A stretch of 64,000 nt of DNA from Myxococcota bacterium (lineage in GTDB: Bacteria; Myxococcota_A; SURF-8). Location: contig OZ223209.1 of assembly GCA_965140415.1 (NCBI GenBank), positions 4,480,001 through 4,544,000 of the forward strand, in the 5' to 3' direction. Shown one piece after another: positions 45,879 to 56,520 of the stretch (the stretch's first letter is position 1; each line of letters starts with the position of its first letter). The position numbers and the translations under genes were made by a program. The notes below the pieces were generated by a model that worked only from the letters and a program-made list of their open reading frames with translations, ran no database searches and had not been told where the DNA came from.

Positions 45879-48356
45879 TTACACCTCCGCCGTGGCTTTG
45901 TCTTCTTTGCGTTGTTCGTTTCGCAGATTCATTAGTTGACGGTCACGGGCGACGGTTTCCGCGTGAGCATCGCGCAGAGCTTCCTTGGCAGAGGCGATTT
46001 CGCCTTCTTTTTCCCCCAGTGTCACCACGGCAATCGCCAATTTTTCCCGCAGCTCATCCAGCACACATTCCTTCTGCCGTAAGGATTCCTGCAACTCGAC
46101 GACTTTCAGATCCAGTTCTTCCCACTTCTGCCGCCATGGTTCCGCTTCCGTACCGCGCTCGTGTTCTGCGGCTAGAAGTTGTTTTAATTGTTGTACTTCT
46201 TCCTGAAGCTGCTGCCATTGCCGCTCGCTCTCATCCGGTTCTGTATGTACAGCAGCTTCGGTGGATTCCGTAACCTCGGCAAGCTCAGCGCTCTCCGGTT
46301 CCGACACAGCCTGATCCGACGATTCCTCTTTCTGCTCCTGCTCCACTCGATGCAACTCGGCTTGCAAACTCTCCAGCTGCTTTTGTTGCTCACTCAGCAA
46401 ATGCTCACGCCATTCCAACTCCGATTCCAGCTCGTCACGTTTGGCGTTGAGACGATCCAGAGCCAGATGCAGGTTGTCCATCTGCGACTGTGCACGTTCC
46501 TTTTCCCGTAACGCCTCATCGCGCTCGCCCTGAGCCAGCTCCAATTGCGACAGGGCATTCATGGCATCTTCTTCCAGCTTTATAAAACGCGCCTCATCGG
46601 AAACCGGCCCAGCCGAATCCGTGTTTGCAGCGCGCTGCAACTCCTCCAGTTCTTCCGTCGCCTTCTCACGCTGCACACGCTCCGACTCCAACTCCGCATT
46701 GACAGATTGCAGCTGTTCCCGGAGCGAATCCAACTCTTGCCCGGACTGCTCCAATTGTTGCTGCAAATCACCAATCTGCTGTTGTAAGACTTCGGTTTCC
46801 TGGTTTGAGCTCTCTGTATCTACCTCTTGCGAGGAGAGTTGCTCCAGTACTTCCATCTGCTCTCTCAACTGGGCCAGATCCTGGTTAACGCGCTCCGCCT
46901 CTTCCATCGCGCCATCTCGCTCCGTCCGCAATACCTGTACCTGCTCCAGCAGCGTATCCCGTTCGCGTTCGAATTTCTCGTATTGTTGCTGCTCCTGGCT
47001 CTGCCGGTCCTGTTGCGCCTGCGAAAGTTCCTCTATCTGTGCGCTTAGTTCCGATGCGCGCTGAATCTGCTCCTGGTTGGATTGCTGTAGCGTTTCCACC
47101 TGCTGCTCGGCTTGCTCGGCCCGCGATTGCCATTCTTGCAGGTTTTGCTGCACTTGCTGCTGCCGGGAAGCTTCCTCTCGCAGTTGCTCCAGTTCCTCAA
47201 CAAGCTGCTTGCGCTCTTCGCGCAGATTTTCCGCCTGCTCAAAGACGCTCTCTTGTTCCTCGCGCCGAATGCGTTCCCTCTCGCTCTCATCGCGCTGCTG
47301 TTGTGCAACCTGCTGTTTTAATTTCTCATTCTGTCGCTGCAACGAATTAAGCTGAACGTTCAACTCGTCGATCTGCTGTTCCTTTGTATTCTCCGCCGTC
47401 CCGAACCAGGCCTGTTCCACCCGGCTCTCTTCCTGCTCCCGAGTCAAACGCTTGATTTTTTCATCCGCTTCGGCCAACTGCCGTTGATAATCGGTTTTCT
47501 CAGCCTGCCAGGATTCGGAATCCATAGGAGTTTCGCTATTTTTCGTTTGGTCCTGCCAAACAGCTTTTTCCTTCTCCAATACCTCGATCAGTTGCTTTTG
47601 GGTACTGAGATTCGTTTCCAACTGCTCGCATTGCTCCGATTGAGCACTTAAGCACCGTCGAAGTTCGGATAGTTCCGCTTCCTGCTCGTCGGTAGAACCT
47701 TCGTCTCCATTCGGGCCGGATTGCTCCAGTTGGTGTTGTAACCGTTCGATTTCCAGGTTCAAACGTTCAGATTCCTGCTGGTAGGTGTAGCTGACGCTGC
47801 GCTTGGCTTCCACGAGCGCCTCATTTTCGCGTTGCAATTCCTCCAGTTCAGCCAACCTTTTTGCCAAGTCGGCGTTCAAGCTGCGATTGAGTGTTTCACT
47901 GGATTCCAGCATTTCCTGGAACGTGCGGCATTCCTCCATATACTGATCGCGCTCCAGTTCCACTTCCAACAACAGGTCGGTATCCTCTGTAGAAACAAGA
48001 ATCTCCTGCTCTTCTGCATCGGGCTGAACGCGCGTAAGCTGCTCGGTCAAGGCTTCGATCTGCTGTTGTTGCTCTTGTTGCAGCGCTTCCCAACTCTGAT
48101 GCTGCTCACGTAATCGCTGGACTTCTTCACTTTTTCTAAGAAGTTTATCACTCAGTTCTTGATTGCGAACTGTCAGAGTCTCCACAGTTTCGTTTGCCGG
48201 TGTGCCATCTGCGACCAGCGGATCTTGCACTTGTGCCAGCAATTCCGCATAGCGATTACGCATTTTCAACGCTGCTTCACGAATGCGCTGGATATCCTGA
48301 CGCAGACGAGTGCATTCCTTTTCCGAATTCCGCAATTTTTCGAGCATATCCGCCAT
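45879..48356 (-). CDS. Long acidic Glu/Gln-rich coiled-coil protein
   Basis: 825-aa ORF with heptad composition throughout; GAGGAG RBS. Confidence 0.75.
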   Translation of the reverse strand: MADMLEKLRNSEKECTRLRQDIQRIREAALKMRNRYAELLAQVQDPLVADGTPANETVETLTVRNQELSDKLLRKSEEVQRLREQHQSWEALQQEQQQQIEALTEQLTRVQPDAEEQEILVSTEDTDLLLEVELERDQYMEECRTFQEMLESSETLNRSLNADLAKRLAELEELQRENEALVEAKRSVSYTYQQESERLNLEIERLQHQLEQSGPNGDEGSTDEQEAELSELRRCLSAQSEQCEQLETNLSTQKQLIEVLEKEKAVWQDQTKNSETPMDSESWQAEKTDYQRQLAEADEKIKRLTREQEESRVEQAWFGTAENTKEQQIDELNVQLNSLQRQNEKLKQQVAQQQRDESERERIRREEQESVFEQAENLREERKQLVEELEQLREEASRQQQVQQNLQEWQSRAEQAEQQVETLQQSNQEQIQRASELSAQIEELSQAQQDRQSQEQQQYEKFERERDTLLEQVQVLRTERDGAMEEAERVNQDLAQLREQMEVLEQLSSQEVDTESSNQETEVLQQQIGDLQQQLEQSGQELDSLREQLQSVNAELESERVQREKATEELEELQRAANTDSAGPVSDEARFIKLEEDAMNALSQLELAQGERDEALREKERAQSQMDNLHLALDRLNAKRDELESELEWREHLLSEQQKQLESLQAELHRVEQEQKEESSDQAVSEPESAELAEVTESTEAAVHTEPDESERQWQQLQEEVQQLKQLLAAEHERGTEAEPWRQKWEELDLKVVELQESLRQKECVLDELREKLAIAVVTLGEKEGEIASAKEALRDAHAETVARDRQLMNLRNEQRKEDKATAEV

Positions 48357-48765
48357 GATTCAATGCTCCTCTACGGGTTCATCTTCCTTGCCCCAAACAG
48401 GTTTTCCGTTCGTTTTCCACAGCCGCTATCCACGATTGGACCAGTGCCACACTTGCCACTCGATCGTAAAGCCGCCTGCCGAAAACACGTTTACTGCCGT
48501 TAATTCCAATCCCTTATAAAATCATAACCGAGCATTAATAAAAAGGCAACCGGCATCAACCGCTCTTGCCATCTTCGGTTTACAAATCTCCCCCCGCTTG
48601 TCTTCACTCATATACCAAGAGCGTCCAGCCAGAGCTTTGCTGCCATTTATTTGAAAACAAATCCTTCAAATCCATTTCGCAAACTCTGCCATAAACACAA
48701 AAACCGCCGTGGAAACAACCACGGCGGCATAATGGAACAGAATAAAAGCAACGAATCCCAAACGG

Positions 48766-50967
48766 TTAGCTGGAAGCCGTTTCAGCTTGGGTTTCCTTGT
48801 CTGTGTTGTAATAGCCGTAGCGATGGTAATAGTAGTAGTAGTGACTGCCGTACTCCTTACTGTCCAGGTCCAGATCGTTAATGATCGCTCCCAGCAGATT
48901 GGCTTTGACATCGGTCAGCGAGCGTTTGGCTTGAATGGCAACATCCCGCAAGGTCTTGCCACTCTTGACGATCATCACGACGCCATCAACCAGATTGGAC
49001 AGAATCAGCGAATCCGCCACGGCAATGACCGGGGGTGAATCGAGAATGACCATGTCGTACATGGCGGAGAGATTATCGATGATGGTCTTGAAGCGCTCCG
49101 AGCCGACCAGTTCCGCCGGATTCGGTGGAATGGGACCACAGGTCAGAATGGTCAGGTTTTCGATTTCCGTCTTTCGCACGGCTTCCGCCTCGTTCATGGT
49201 GCCCATGATGATGTTGGAAAGGCCGTATTCGTTTTTCATGTTGAAAGCCTTGTGCAAACGCGGACGACGCATATCTGTGTCCAGAATCAACACTTTGCGG
49301 CCCAGATTGGCCATGGTGATGCCGATATTGGACACAATGGTCGTCTTCCCTTCGCGCGGGGAGGCACTTGTCACCAGGATGCGGCGCAGAGGTTTTCCAG
49401 GGGAAACGAAATTGATGTTCGTTCGAATTGAACGGCAGCATTCCGCCAGGGAGGATTTTGGCCGTAAAAAGGCATAACGATCCACCACGTTGGGGATATT
49501 CTGCTCGAGCAGTTGCTGATCCACCTTCACCTGAGGCACGACGCCCAGCAGGGGCACCTTCAGGTAACGCCCGATATCCGCTGCGTTTTTAAGGGTTTTA
49601 TCCAGGATTTCCAACAGCACCGCTAAGCCGACACTGAAAATCAAGGCCAGCATGAAACCCAAGGCCAGATTCAACTTCACACGCGGACGAATGGGTTTGA
49701 TCGGCACCTTGGCTTCATCCAACATGCGGATATTGTTGACTTCCAGCATACTGGACAAATCGATTTCCTTCAATCGAACCAAGACCTGCTGGAACAATCC
49801 CTGGTTGCTTTCTTTTTCACGCAGCAGGCGATTATATTCCACCTGCTTCAACGTCAGCAGTTTGGCCTGATCCTTGACTTTGTCCAACTCGCTTTGGATG
49901 GCCAAAAAAGTCGTGCGAGACGCTTCGAATTCGGCGCGAACGCCATTGATGATCGCCCGCACTTCGGAGCGCAGGTTTTCTTTTGTGCGATCAAGCTGCG
50001 ATTTCACCTGGAGTACATCCGGATGGCGCTCTTTATAGACCTGCAGCAATTCGGAGTATTGGTTCTGCAAGCGAACGTACTCGACTTTCAGATCTTTGAT
50101 CAGCGGGCTTTGCAGCACCGTCATCGACGCGATACGCTCGACGTCCTCCTCCGGCATGATACGCTGCATGCTTTCGTATTGCGCCTTCAGTTTCACATAC
50201 TCGGTTTCAGCCCGTCGCGTTTCGGAATACAGTTCGGACAAGCGTGTTCCGGTGATATTGACACGCTCATCCATGTCAGTAGAGAGAATGTCGTTCTCTT
50301 TTTTGAATTCATACAGCGCGCGCTCGGATTCTTCCAATTTAGATTTCAGTTCGTCGACCTGTTCGGACAACCATGAAATAGCGCTACGCGCAGAACTGGT
50401 CTTGCGCTCCAGATTCTGTTCGATGTAAGCCTCGGCCACCGCGTTGGCAATGGTTGTAGCCTGCTGTGGGTCGGTGCCACGATAGCGGATCAGCGCTAAA
50501 CGGCTATCCGTTACCGGTTCGATAATAAGATTCAATAACAGCGTTTCCGCGGGATCGGCTTCTTCCAGCAATTCAGCCAGTTCCGCTTCATCCTCTATCT
50601 CATCCAAACCTAAAAACGCCAGATCCCGATCGAGATGCAACCGCTCCACAACCGCCAGTGCAACACGCCGGGAATGCAAAATCTGGTATTGGGTCTCGAA
50701 GTAGGATTTGTTATCCCAATACGACACATCACCGAGCTTGTAGACGTCGTTGACATCCGACAGCACCTGATCGGCCTGCAAATCGATTTCCACGGTCGCT
50801 ACGGCTTCATAGATCTTGGGCGATCGGATCGTAACGACGACGGAAATGAACAAAACCGAAACAAACACAAGTAAGATCAACCACTTGCGCTTTAACAAAC
50901 CCCGATAGTAATCGGTAAACGTCAGGGTTTCACTTTGCTGATGATTTTCTGTAGGTTGATAGTCCAC
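48766..50967 (-). CDS. wzc: Polysaccharide co-polymerase / tyrosine autokinase
   Basis: Two TMs, periplasmic coiled coil, ASPREGKTT Walker A, DTDMRRP, ILDSPP, C-terminal Tyr cluster. Confidence 0.93.
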   Translation of the reverse strand: MDYQPTENHQQSETLTFTDYYRGLLKRKWLILLVFVSVLFISVVVTIRSPKIYEAVATVEIDLQADQVLSDVNDVYKLGDVSYWDNKSYFETQYQILHSRRVALAVVERLHLDRDLAFLGLDEIEDEAELAELLEEADPAETLLLNLIIEPVTDSRLALIRYRGTDPQQATTIANAVAEAYIEQNLERKTSSARSAISWLSEQVDELKSKLEESERALYEFKKENDILSTDMDERVNITGTRLSELYSETRRAETEYVKLKAQYESMQRIMPEEDVERIASMTVLQSPLIKDLKVEYVRLQNQYSELLQVYKERHPDVLQVKSQLDRTKENLRSEVRAIINGVRAEFEASRTTFLAIQSELDKVKDQAKLLTLKQVEYNRLLREKESNQGLFQQVLVRLKEIDLSSMLEVNNIRMLDEAKVPIKPIRPRVKLNLALGFMLALIFSVGLAVLLEILDKTLKNAADIGRYLKVPLLGVVPQVKVDQQLLEQNIPNVVDRYAFLRPKSSLAECCRSIRTNINFVSPGKPLRRILVTSASPREGKTTIVSNIGITMANLGRKVLILDTDMRRPRLHKAFNMKNEYGLSNIIMGTMNEAEAVRKTEIENLTILTCGPIPPNPAELVGSERFKTIIDNLSAMYDMVILDSPPVIAVADSLILSNLVDGVVMIVKSGKTLRDVAIQAKRSLTDVKANLLGAIINDLDLDSKEYGSHYYYYYHRYGYYNTDKETQAETASS

Positions 50968-51022
50968 ACCGGTTTCCTAATCACGAGATATACGAAAAAA
51001 CTCCCACCGTCAGCAATCAGTG

Positions 51023-51661
51023 TCAGAAAAGCGCTTCGGGGATGAAAATGATGTCACCCGGCTGCAATGGCACGTTGGGTTGCTTGCCTTTCCAGATCAG
51101 ATCGACCTCGACATCGATTCGTTTCTCCGATCCGTCTACGATACGAGTGATACTCGCTTCGCTTTTCGCGGCAGTATTCGTATAGCCCCCCGCCATGGTG
51201 ATCGCTTGGATAATGGTCATGTTCTCTTCAAACCGAAACGTTCCCGGTTTTTGTACCTGACCGAATACAAATATCTTCTGACTATTGAATTCTTTAACAT
51301 AAACCGACACATACGCTTTTTTCAAATAATCCTTTTCCAAGCGCTGCTGGATCTCGGACTCGATCTGGCTGGGCGTTTTCCCAGAAATCTGAACGTCGCC
51401 GATCAATGGAAAAGCGATGGTGCCTTTATCGGAAACACGATAGATCGAACTCAGGTTCTCTTCGTTGAATACGCGCACCTCAAACACATCGTCCTGGCCC
51501 AAGGTCGCCGCCGTCCTGATCAGATCGCCGAGTTGGGAACTTTGATGGGCTGTTGCTTGCTGCTCGGGAGAAGTATTCCCCTTGCTATAGACACAGCCCC
51601 CAAGCAGGCTCACCAGGCAAAATAGCCATACCAGACGCAATAGTGTTTTATTAAGTTGCAT
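51023..51661 (-). CDS. wza: Short OPX polysaccharide export lipoprotein
   Basis: Lipobox LGGC; G.I.FPLIG PES motif; VFGQVQKPG; LQPGDIIFIPE; 212 aa only. Confidence 0.88.
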   Translation of the reverse strand: MQLNKTLLRLVWLFCLVSLLGGCVYSKGNTSPEQQATAHQSSQLGDLIRTAATLGQDDVFEVRVFNEENLSSIYRVSDKGTIAFPLIGDVQISGKTPSQIESEIQQRLEKDYLKKAYVSVYVKEFNSQKIFVFGQVQKPGTFRFEENMTIIQAITMAGGYTNTAAKSEASITRIVDGSEKRIDVEVDLIWKGKQPNVPLQPGDIIFIPEALF

Positions 51662-51775
51662 GGTTGTTGAATTCGGCTTTCGATTCGTATGTTACGGCAA
51701 AGCACTTCCCTCGCCGCCACCGAACCATCCCGCCGGAGCGTATTTCCACGGGCAGCGATGAAATAGGAACGTAGG

Positions 51776-53242
51776 TTAGTATGCCAAGGTTAGCTTTAAA
51801 AACGCCTCGTGCTTGAGGTAGTCGTAATAGGTTACCTGCTGTACCTGCTGGTTTGCGGCAGCGGAACTGTCGATAATGCGGTACACGAAATCGCTGTCAC
51901 GCCAGGTAAAGGTGTAACCGATTTCCATATAAATCCACGACAGGAAATCATATCGCATGCTGGGCGTAACGGACGCCTCGAATTCGATGTCGCGATTACC
52001 CAACGCCAAAAACTGATTGGCGGCTTCATCGGTATCTACACCATAAGGCGTTCCCTGATCGTCAATGCCGCTATCCGTGCGTCCGAACTCGAAGATGGAG
52101 AAATAGCCATAGAGGGAAAGCTTAAGGCTGTCATTGACAAACCACTGCTTGAATTCCATGTAAATCTTGTTGTCCACTTGGTAGGAGAACGTCGTGACCG
52201 GATTGAAGCTACGCGCGTAACCGCCTTTCAGTTGCGTACGCGGTGTAAACTGTCCAACCAGTTCCAGGCGTCCAAGGAAGTTGTTGTAATCTTCCTGCCG
52301 ACCGGAAGAGAAGGAGTTTCCATAACCAGCGGCAACGTTGATAAGGAATTTGTTGGTCACACGACCCATCACGCCAAGCAGTATGCGCAACGGCATGGCG
52401 CTGGGTTCGGAACTATTGGTATTCCCATTGTCATTGGTCACATTGAAATCGTAGTAATCACGAATGCCGAAACTGTTGGACATGAACAACGCCGTTTTGG
52501 GGAAGAATTCCCATTCCCAATTCAGCAGAAAGTTGTGTTCCATCCAATTTTGATTTGCGTAGATATTCACGCCTGCGGCGTCTTTCTTCGAATCGTAACG
52601 CTCCAGATCGTGGGTGTATCCCAAGGTAAAGCGTAGTTGCCCGCCACCGGGACGGATGTTCAATTTAGCTGAGAGTTGATTGTGCATACGGTCGTTGGTA
52701 TCGACAATACCGACTTTCTTCGGCTCGATGGAACGAGTGAAGGTATCGCTTACTTCAAAACCTGCAACCGCTTTGCGGAAAAGATTCAGCGCGACACGCA
52801 CATTACCGCTGGGAGCGGATAGATCTTTTGTCGTACTGTTATCGATACCGAAATAGCGTACGTAGCGAGCTTCACCATCTAACGTGAAAGCTACGATATC
52901 ACTGGGATAGTTCAATTTAAAAGCGCCGATGATGTGCAGAATATCATCGTAATTCACCAAACCGGAATAATTGGTGTCGTTTTTATCGCTAGCGTTGTTT
53001 ACGTTACTATCAAACACATTCTGAAGGCTCAAACCCGGATGCAACCGGAGTTTACCGATTTTAAAGCCACGATCGTTCTCGGCTTTCTTTTGTTTTTGCT
53101 CCAACGTCTGCATTTCTTCTTGTGCGCTGGCAGTTTGCCCCAAAAAGCCAACCACAAATACGGAAATCACCAACATGGATACGATAAGCCGTAGGTTTGT
53201 AGCGTTCATCCCCAATCCTTCCAAGGATTCCATTATATACAC
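51776..53242 (-). CDS. Outer-membrane beta-barrel protein (polysaccharide-export associated); start possibly 53209
   Basis: Signal peptide, alternating beta-strand pattern, C-terminal FLKLTLAY; adjacent to wza. Confidence 0.75.
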   Translation of the reverse strand: MYIMESLEGLGMNATNLRLIVSMLVISVFVVGFLGQTASAQEEMQTLEQKQKKAENDRGFKIGKLRLHPGLSLQNVFDSNVNNASDKNDTNYSGLVNYDDILHIIGAFKLNYPSDIVAFTLDGEARYVRYFGIDNSTTKDLSAPSGNVRVALNLFRKAVAGFEVSDTFTRSIEPKKVGIVDTNDRMHNQLSAKLNIRPGGGQLRFTLGYTHDLERYDSKKDAAGVNIYANQNWMEHNFLLNWEWEFFPKTALFMSNSFGIRDYYDFNVTNDNGNTNSSEPSAMPLRILLGVMGRVTNKFLINVAAGYGNSFSSGRQEDYNNFLGRLELVGQFTPRTQLKGGYARSFNPVTTFSYQVDNKIYMEFKQWFVNDSLKLSLYGYFSIFEFGRTDSGIDDQGTPYGVDTDEAANQFLALGNRDIEFEASVTPSMRYDFLSWIYMEIGYTFTWRDSDFVYRIIDSSAAANQQVQQVTYYDYLKHEAFLKLTLAY

Positions 53243-53358
53243 TATTCAATACGCGAAATCGACGCGAAATCGGTCTCGGCGCAAAGCACCGAGGCCGTCT
53301 TCTCTCTAACACTTCCCACCCGTTCTACCCGTTCGCAACCCGAACGTGATAGATGCTA

Positions 53359-53985
53359 CTAAAAAGGACTAGCCACATCCTTCGGTGGAGTTGGTGGCAA
53401 TTCCGAATCACTGCTTGAGTCATCGAAAACACTGCCAACCTGACCCGTCGTTTGCTGCGACGAGGTATCCGACCGATCGGAATAGCTTTGTTCGCTTGCA
53501 TCATTGGGGTCGATATTATCGACCAAGGTGGTATCGTCACCCAAGGTGATTTCATCTACGATGACTTCTCGTCCACCTTCTTCACCGAAACGACTGGCGG
53601 CACCGAGCTGCTCCTCGGTTTCTTTGATCAATTGCGCAACTTGCTGATCTGCGATATCCAGCAGGTTACATTGGTCCGCCACACATTCCGCCGTGGCACA
53701 CTTGGAGGTGTTTTTCAGCTTGTCATTCGCTTTTTCGACCAATGTTTTCAGTTTACGTAACTCTCGGATCCATTCTTCGTATTTTGGCTTCTGGATCGGT
53801 TCAGCAGCATTCATCTGTTTACCATATTCATCGATCCATTTATCCAAATCTTGAACGGTTTTATCCGCTTTATTCTGGCAAGTCGAGCGAGAAGCCGCCT
53901 GAGCGCTCGCCTGCGAAGCAAAACCGAGGTTGATTGCCAATGACAGCAATACCGCCATAACTAAAAGCAGACGTTTCGTACCCAT
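53359..53985 (-). CDS. Secreted helical hypothetical protein with acidic/Pro-rich tail
   Basis: Signal peptide from ATG 53985; AAGGA RBS. Confidence 0.7.
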   Translation of the reverse strand: MGTKRLLLVMAVLLSLAINLGFASQASAQAASRSTCQNKADKTVQDLDKWIDEYGKQMNAAEPIQKPKYEEWIRELRKLKTLVEKANDKLKNTSKCATAECVADQCNLLDIADQQVAQLIKETEEQLGAASRFGEEGGREVIVDEITLGDDTTLVDNIDPNDASEQSYSDRSDTSSQQTTGQVGSVFDDSSSDSELPPTPPKDVASPF

Positions 53986-54262
53986 CTCGACGTTCCTTTC
54001 CTTGAGCCACTGAACGCCCCCGAACAACTGAGCGCAATTTTTTGTAAATTCTACCTCGTTCGCAAACGAAAGGCAACTAAAAATAACTCTTTTCAAGATC
54101 TTATTTCCCCCCTGGCAATTTGGCATGAACTAAAGTTCAAACCCTTGCACGTAGGATAAGTGCCTATCGCATCATGGATGGATTAAATTCTTTTTTGAAT
54201 CCCGAATTTTTTCTCAATTTTGCCGGGCAAAGTTGCACACACCCCGACCAATATCCGAAAAA

Positions 54263-55639
54263 TCAGCGGCTTGACATGAAAATGAAGGGGTATTCAATAA
54301 CCGTTTCATCTTCCGGCCTTGGGAATCGCCAACGCCTAACGGTTTTCAGAATACATTTTTCAACATTGGAATTACTCAGAGAACTGGAAACAACCGAGGC
54401 ATTGGTAACCGCACCTGTTGAACCAATCGTCCATTCCACTGTCACTTTTCCGTTCAGTTTCGGATTCAAGCGCAATTCCGCTTCGTAACAATGCTTAATG
54501 GCCGGCTGATTTCTTTTGACGATCCGATTTACGGCTTTTTGATCCAGGCTACCATCTACGGTGGGAACGCCCAGAGAGGCCTTGGCCACAATCTTCTTTT
54601 CCGCACGTCCGGATAAACCTTCTTTTCCACCCGAACTGACCTCAGCACGACCGATTTCTTTCGATTCCGGTCCGCCACCACCACCACGTCGTCCACGCTC
54701 GGTTGCCTTTTTGGCGACGCCTACACCGGTGACGCCTTCCATCATGCTATCGATTTCACCAAAGCGTCCACCCTCTTGCAGGGTATCAGCCAAAGCGGTT
54801 CCGCTTCCGTCACTCGCCGGACCTTTGGACGTCAACAGGGCGATTAAACCGGCTCCTGCAACTTTCTTGGCGATTTCTGCACGACGTTTCGCGGCGGCCT
54901 CTGCGCGCTCACGATCGCTCATTTCTTTCTTAGGCTTATTCGAGCCTTCGTTTTCGTCTTTCTTTGCCTTTTTCTCGGGCTTCTTTTCCTCTTTCAGGCC
55001 TTCGCCTTCGCCTTCGAGTTCTTGAGTGTCCTCTTTCAGCTTTGGCAAATCCGTTGCGATGATCTTAGCGAATCGCTCAGCCACCATCTCCAACTTGGCA
55101 CGTTTGGGAATCGGCTGTGTTGAGGCGTACCCGAAGAATGTTGAATGCGCGACGAAAGAAGCGAACAGAATGGCAACATAAACCCAGTCGATCGATTTTA
55201 CCCAGCCTCCACGGATGGATGCCGGAAGCTTCGGTTTTGCTGGCAATGGAGGCGCTTGGACAAAATGGAAAATAACCGTGACTTCACCAAAAGTCACTTT
55301 CCCTTTCATATCGTCGGAGAGCGGTAGCAGATACGCGTTGCCTTTTTTCTTGGCTTTTCCGCTACTGACCATCTCTTTAAGGGAGCCGACAGATCCTGCC
55401 GAAGTTACCTTACCCGACATATCGGAGGTGAATGAAAGCTCGTAACGGCTTCCTTTGTCAATGAAAAGAGGAAACAGTTTGGGAACAGCTGCGTCGGAAA
55501 CCGGAATAATGAAGCTCGCTTTTGGAGACTCGCCAATCGTTACGGTTTGTCGCTTTCGGATAAACCGCTCTTCGATAATCCGGCCTCTTTGTATGATGCC
55601 AATCCGAATGATTTTACCGGATTGTTTAGTGCTCATCAA
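54263..55639 (-). CDS. TonB-like energy transducer with AgmX/PglI-type C-terminal domain (GltG-like)
   Basis: N-terminal cytoplasmic domain, TM with S...H motif (SFVAH), Lys/Gly linker, CYEAELRLNPKLNGKV...CI...WRFP. Confidence 0.82.
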   Translation of the reverse strand: MMSTKQSGKIIRIGIIQRGRIIEERFIRKRQTVTIGESPKASFIIPVSDAAVPKLFPLFIDKGSRYELSFTSDMSGKVTSAGSVGSLKEMVSSGKAKKKGNAYLLPLSDDMKGKVTFGEVTVIFHFVQAPPLPAKPKLPASIRGGWVKSIDWVYVAILFASFVAHSTFFGYASTQPIPKRAKLEMVAERFAKIIATDLPKLKEDTQELEGEGEGLKEEKKPEKKAKKDENEGSNKPKKEMSDRERAEAAAKRRAEIAKKVAGAGLIALLTSKGPASDGSGTALADTLQEGGRFGEIDSMMEGVTGVGVAKKATERGRRGGGGGPESKEIGRAEVSSGGKEGLSGRAEKKIVAKASLGVPTVDGSLDQKAVNRIVKRNQPAIKHCYEAELRLNPKLNGKVTVEWTIGSTGAVTNASVVSSSLSNSNVEKCILKTVRRWRFPRPEDETVIEYPFIFMSSR

Positions 55640-55856
55640 CTGTCCCTTTCTCGCGGATCACGCAATGCCGAAACCAAAGAAACCTAAAAACCCGCCGGTT
55701 ATTGCTGCGAACACTCCCGCACAACAGCCAGCCTCACGTCGCTTTCCAAATTCCTTCCCTCAAATATGTCCAACGACAGTGATACGCGTTCCGGCGAAAC
55801 GCCACGGCCCCTTTCACTGCAAACACAGAGAAAGGGGTCGGCGAAAACAGAAAACC

Positions 55857-56453
55857 TTAGAGTCGGATTACGGCAAATTCGAATTCCCCGAACTCCGCCT
55901 GACCCGCAGTATACAACACTTCAGCCAATAAGCGATAGGGAACTTCTTCATCACCGATAATCAACATTCTACCCTGAAACTTGACGCTCGAGTTATACTG
56001 GCTAAGTTTCTTTTGTTTCTCAGCCGCCGTCTGCAATGCATCGAACAACGGCGTGATGAAATAGCCATCTTCTCCATCGCGCTTGGCAGACGCGGAAACT
56101 TTGCCCTCTTTCACCTGAACGATCGGCTTGTCATCCACCAGGATGTGCTTTTTCGTAATGGCCAGTGGCGTTAAATGAGAGTGCGTTTCCTGCGTTTCCA
56201 ACGATTGAACCAGCTGCAAATCGGCAGACGGATTGATGTTCAACGGGCTTGTCGCATAGTTCATGAGCATGAAGACGAGCAAGATGGTCATGATGTCCAT
56301 CAATGAGGTAATACTCATTTCCTGCTTGTCACCAGGCCTGCGACCCTTTGAACGCTTGCGCCGCTTAAGCCGCAGCTTACGTTTCTCTTCGAGTTCTTCC
56401 AACTCTTCAGGCGTCAGGTTCTTTTCTTGGGCTGTCGTGTTTATCTCACTCAT
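55857..56453 (-). CDS. ExbD/TolR family protein (AglS-like)
   Basis: ITSLMDIMTILLVF TM with conserved Asp; GDEEVPY..L..VLYTA. Confidence 0.88.
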   Translation of the reverse strand: MSEINTTAQEKNLTPEELEELEEKRKLRLKRRKRSKGRRPGDKQEMSITSLMDIMTILLVFMLMNYATSPLNINPSADLQLVQSLETQETHSHLTPLAITKKHILVDDKPIVQVKEGKVSASAKRDGEDGYFITPLFDALQTAAEKQKKLSQYNSSVKFQGRMLIIGDEEVPYRLLAEVLYTAGQAEFGEFEFAVIRL

Positions 56454-56520
56454 CCCGTCTTACTCCTTCAATGCCCCGGCATGCCGCCGGGGCGTATCTA
56501 CCATGCTGTGTGAAGCAGGA

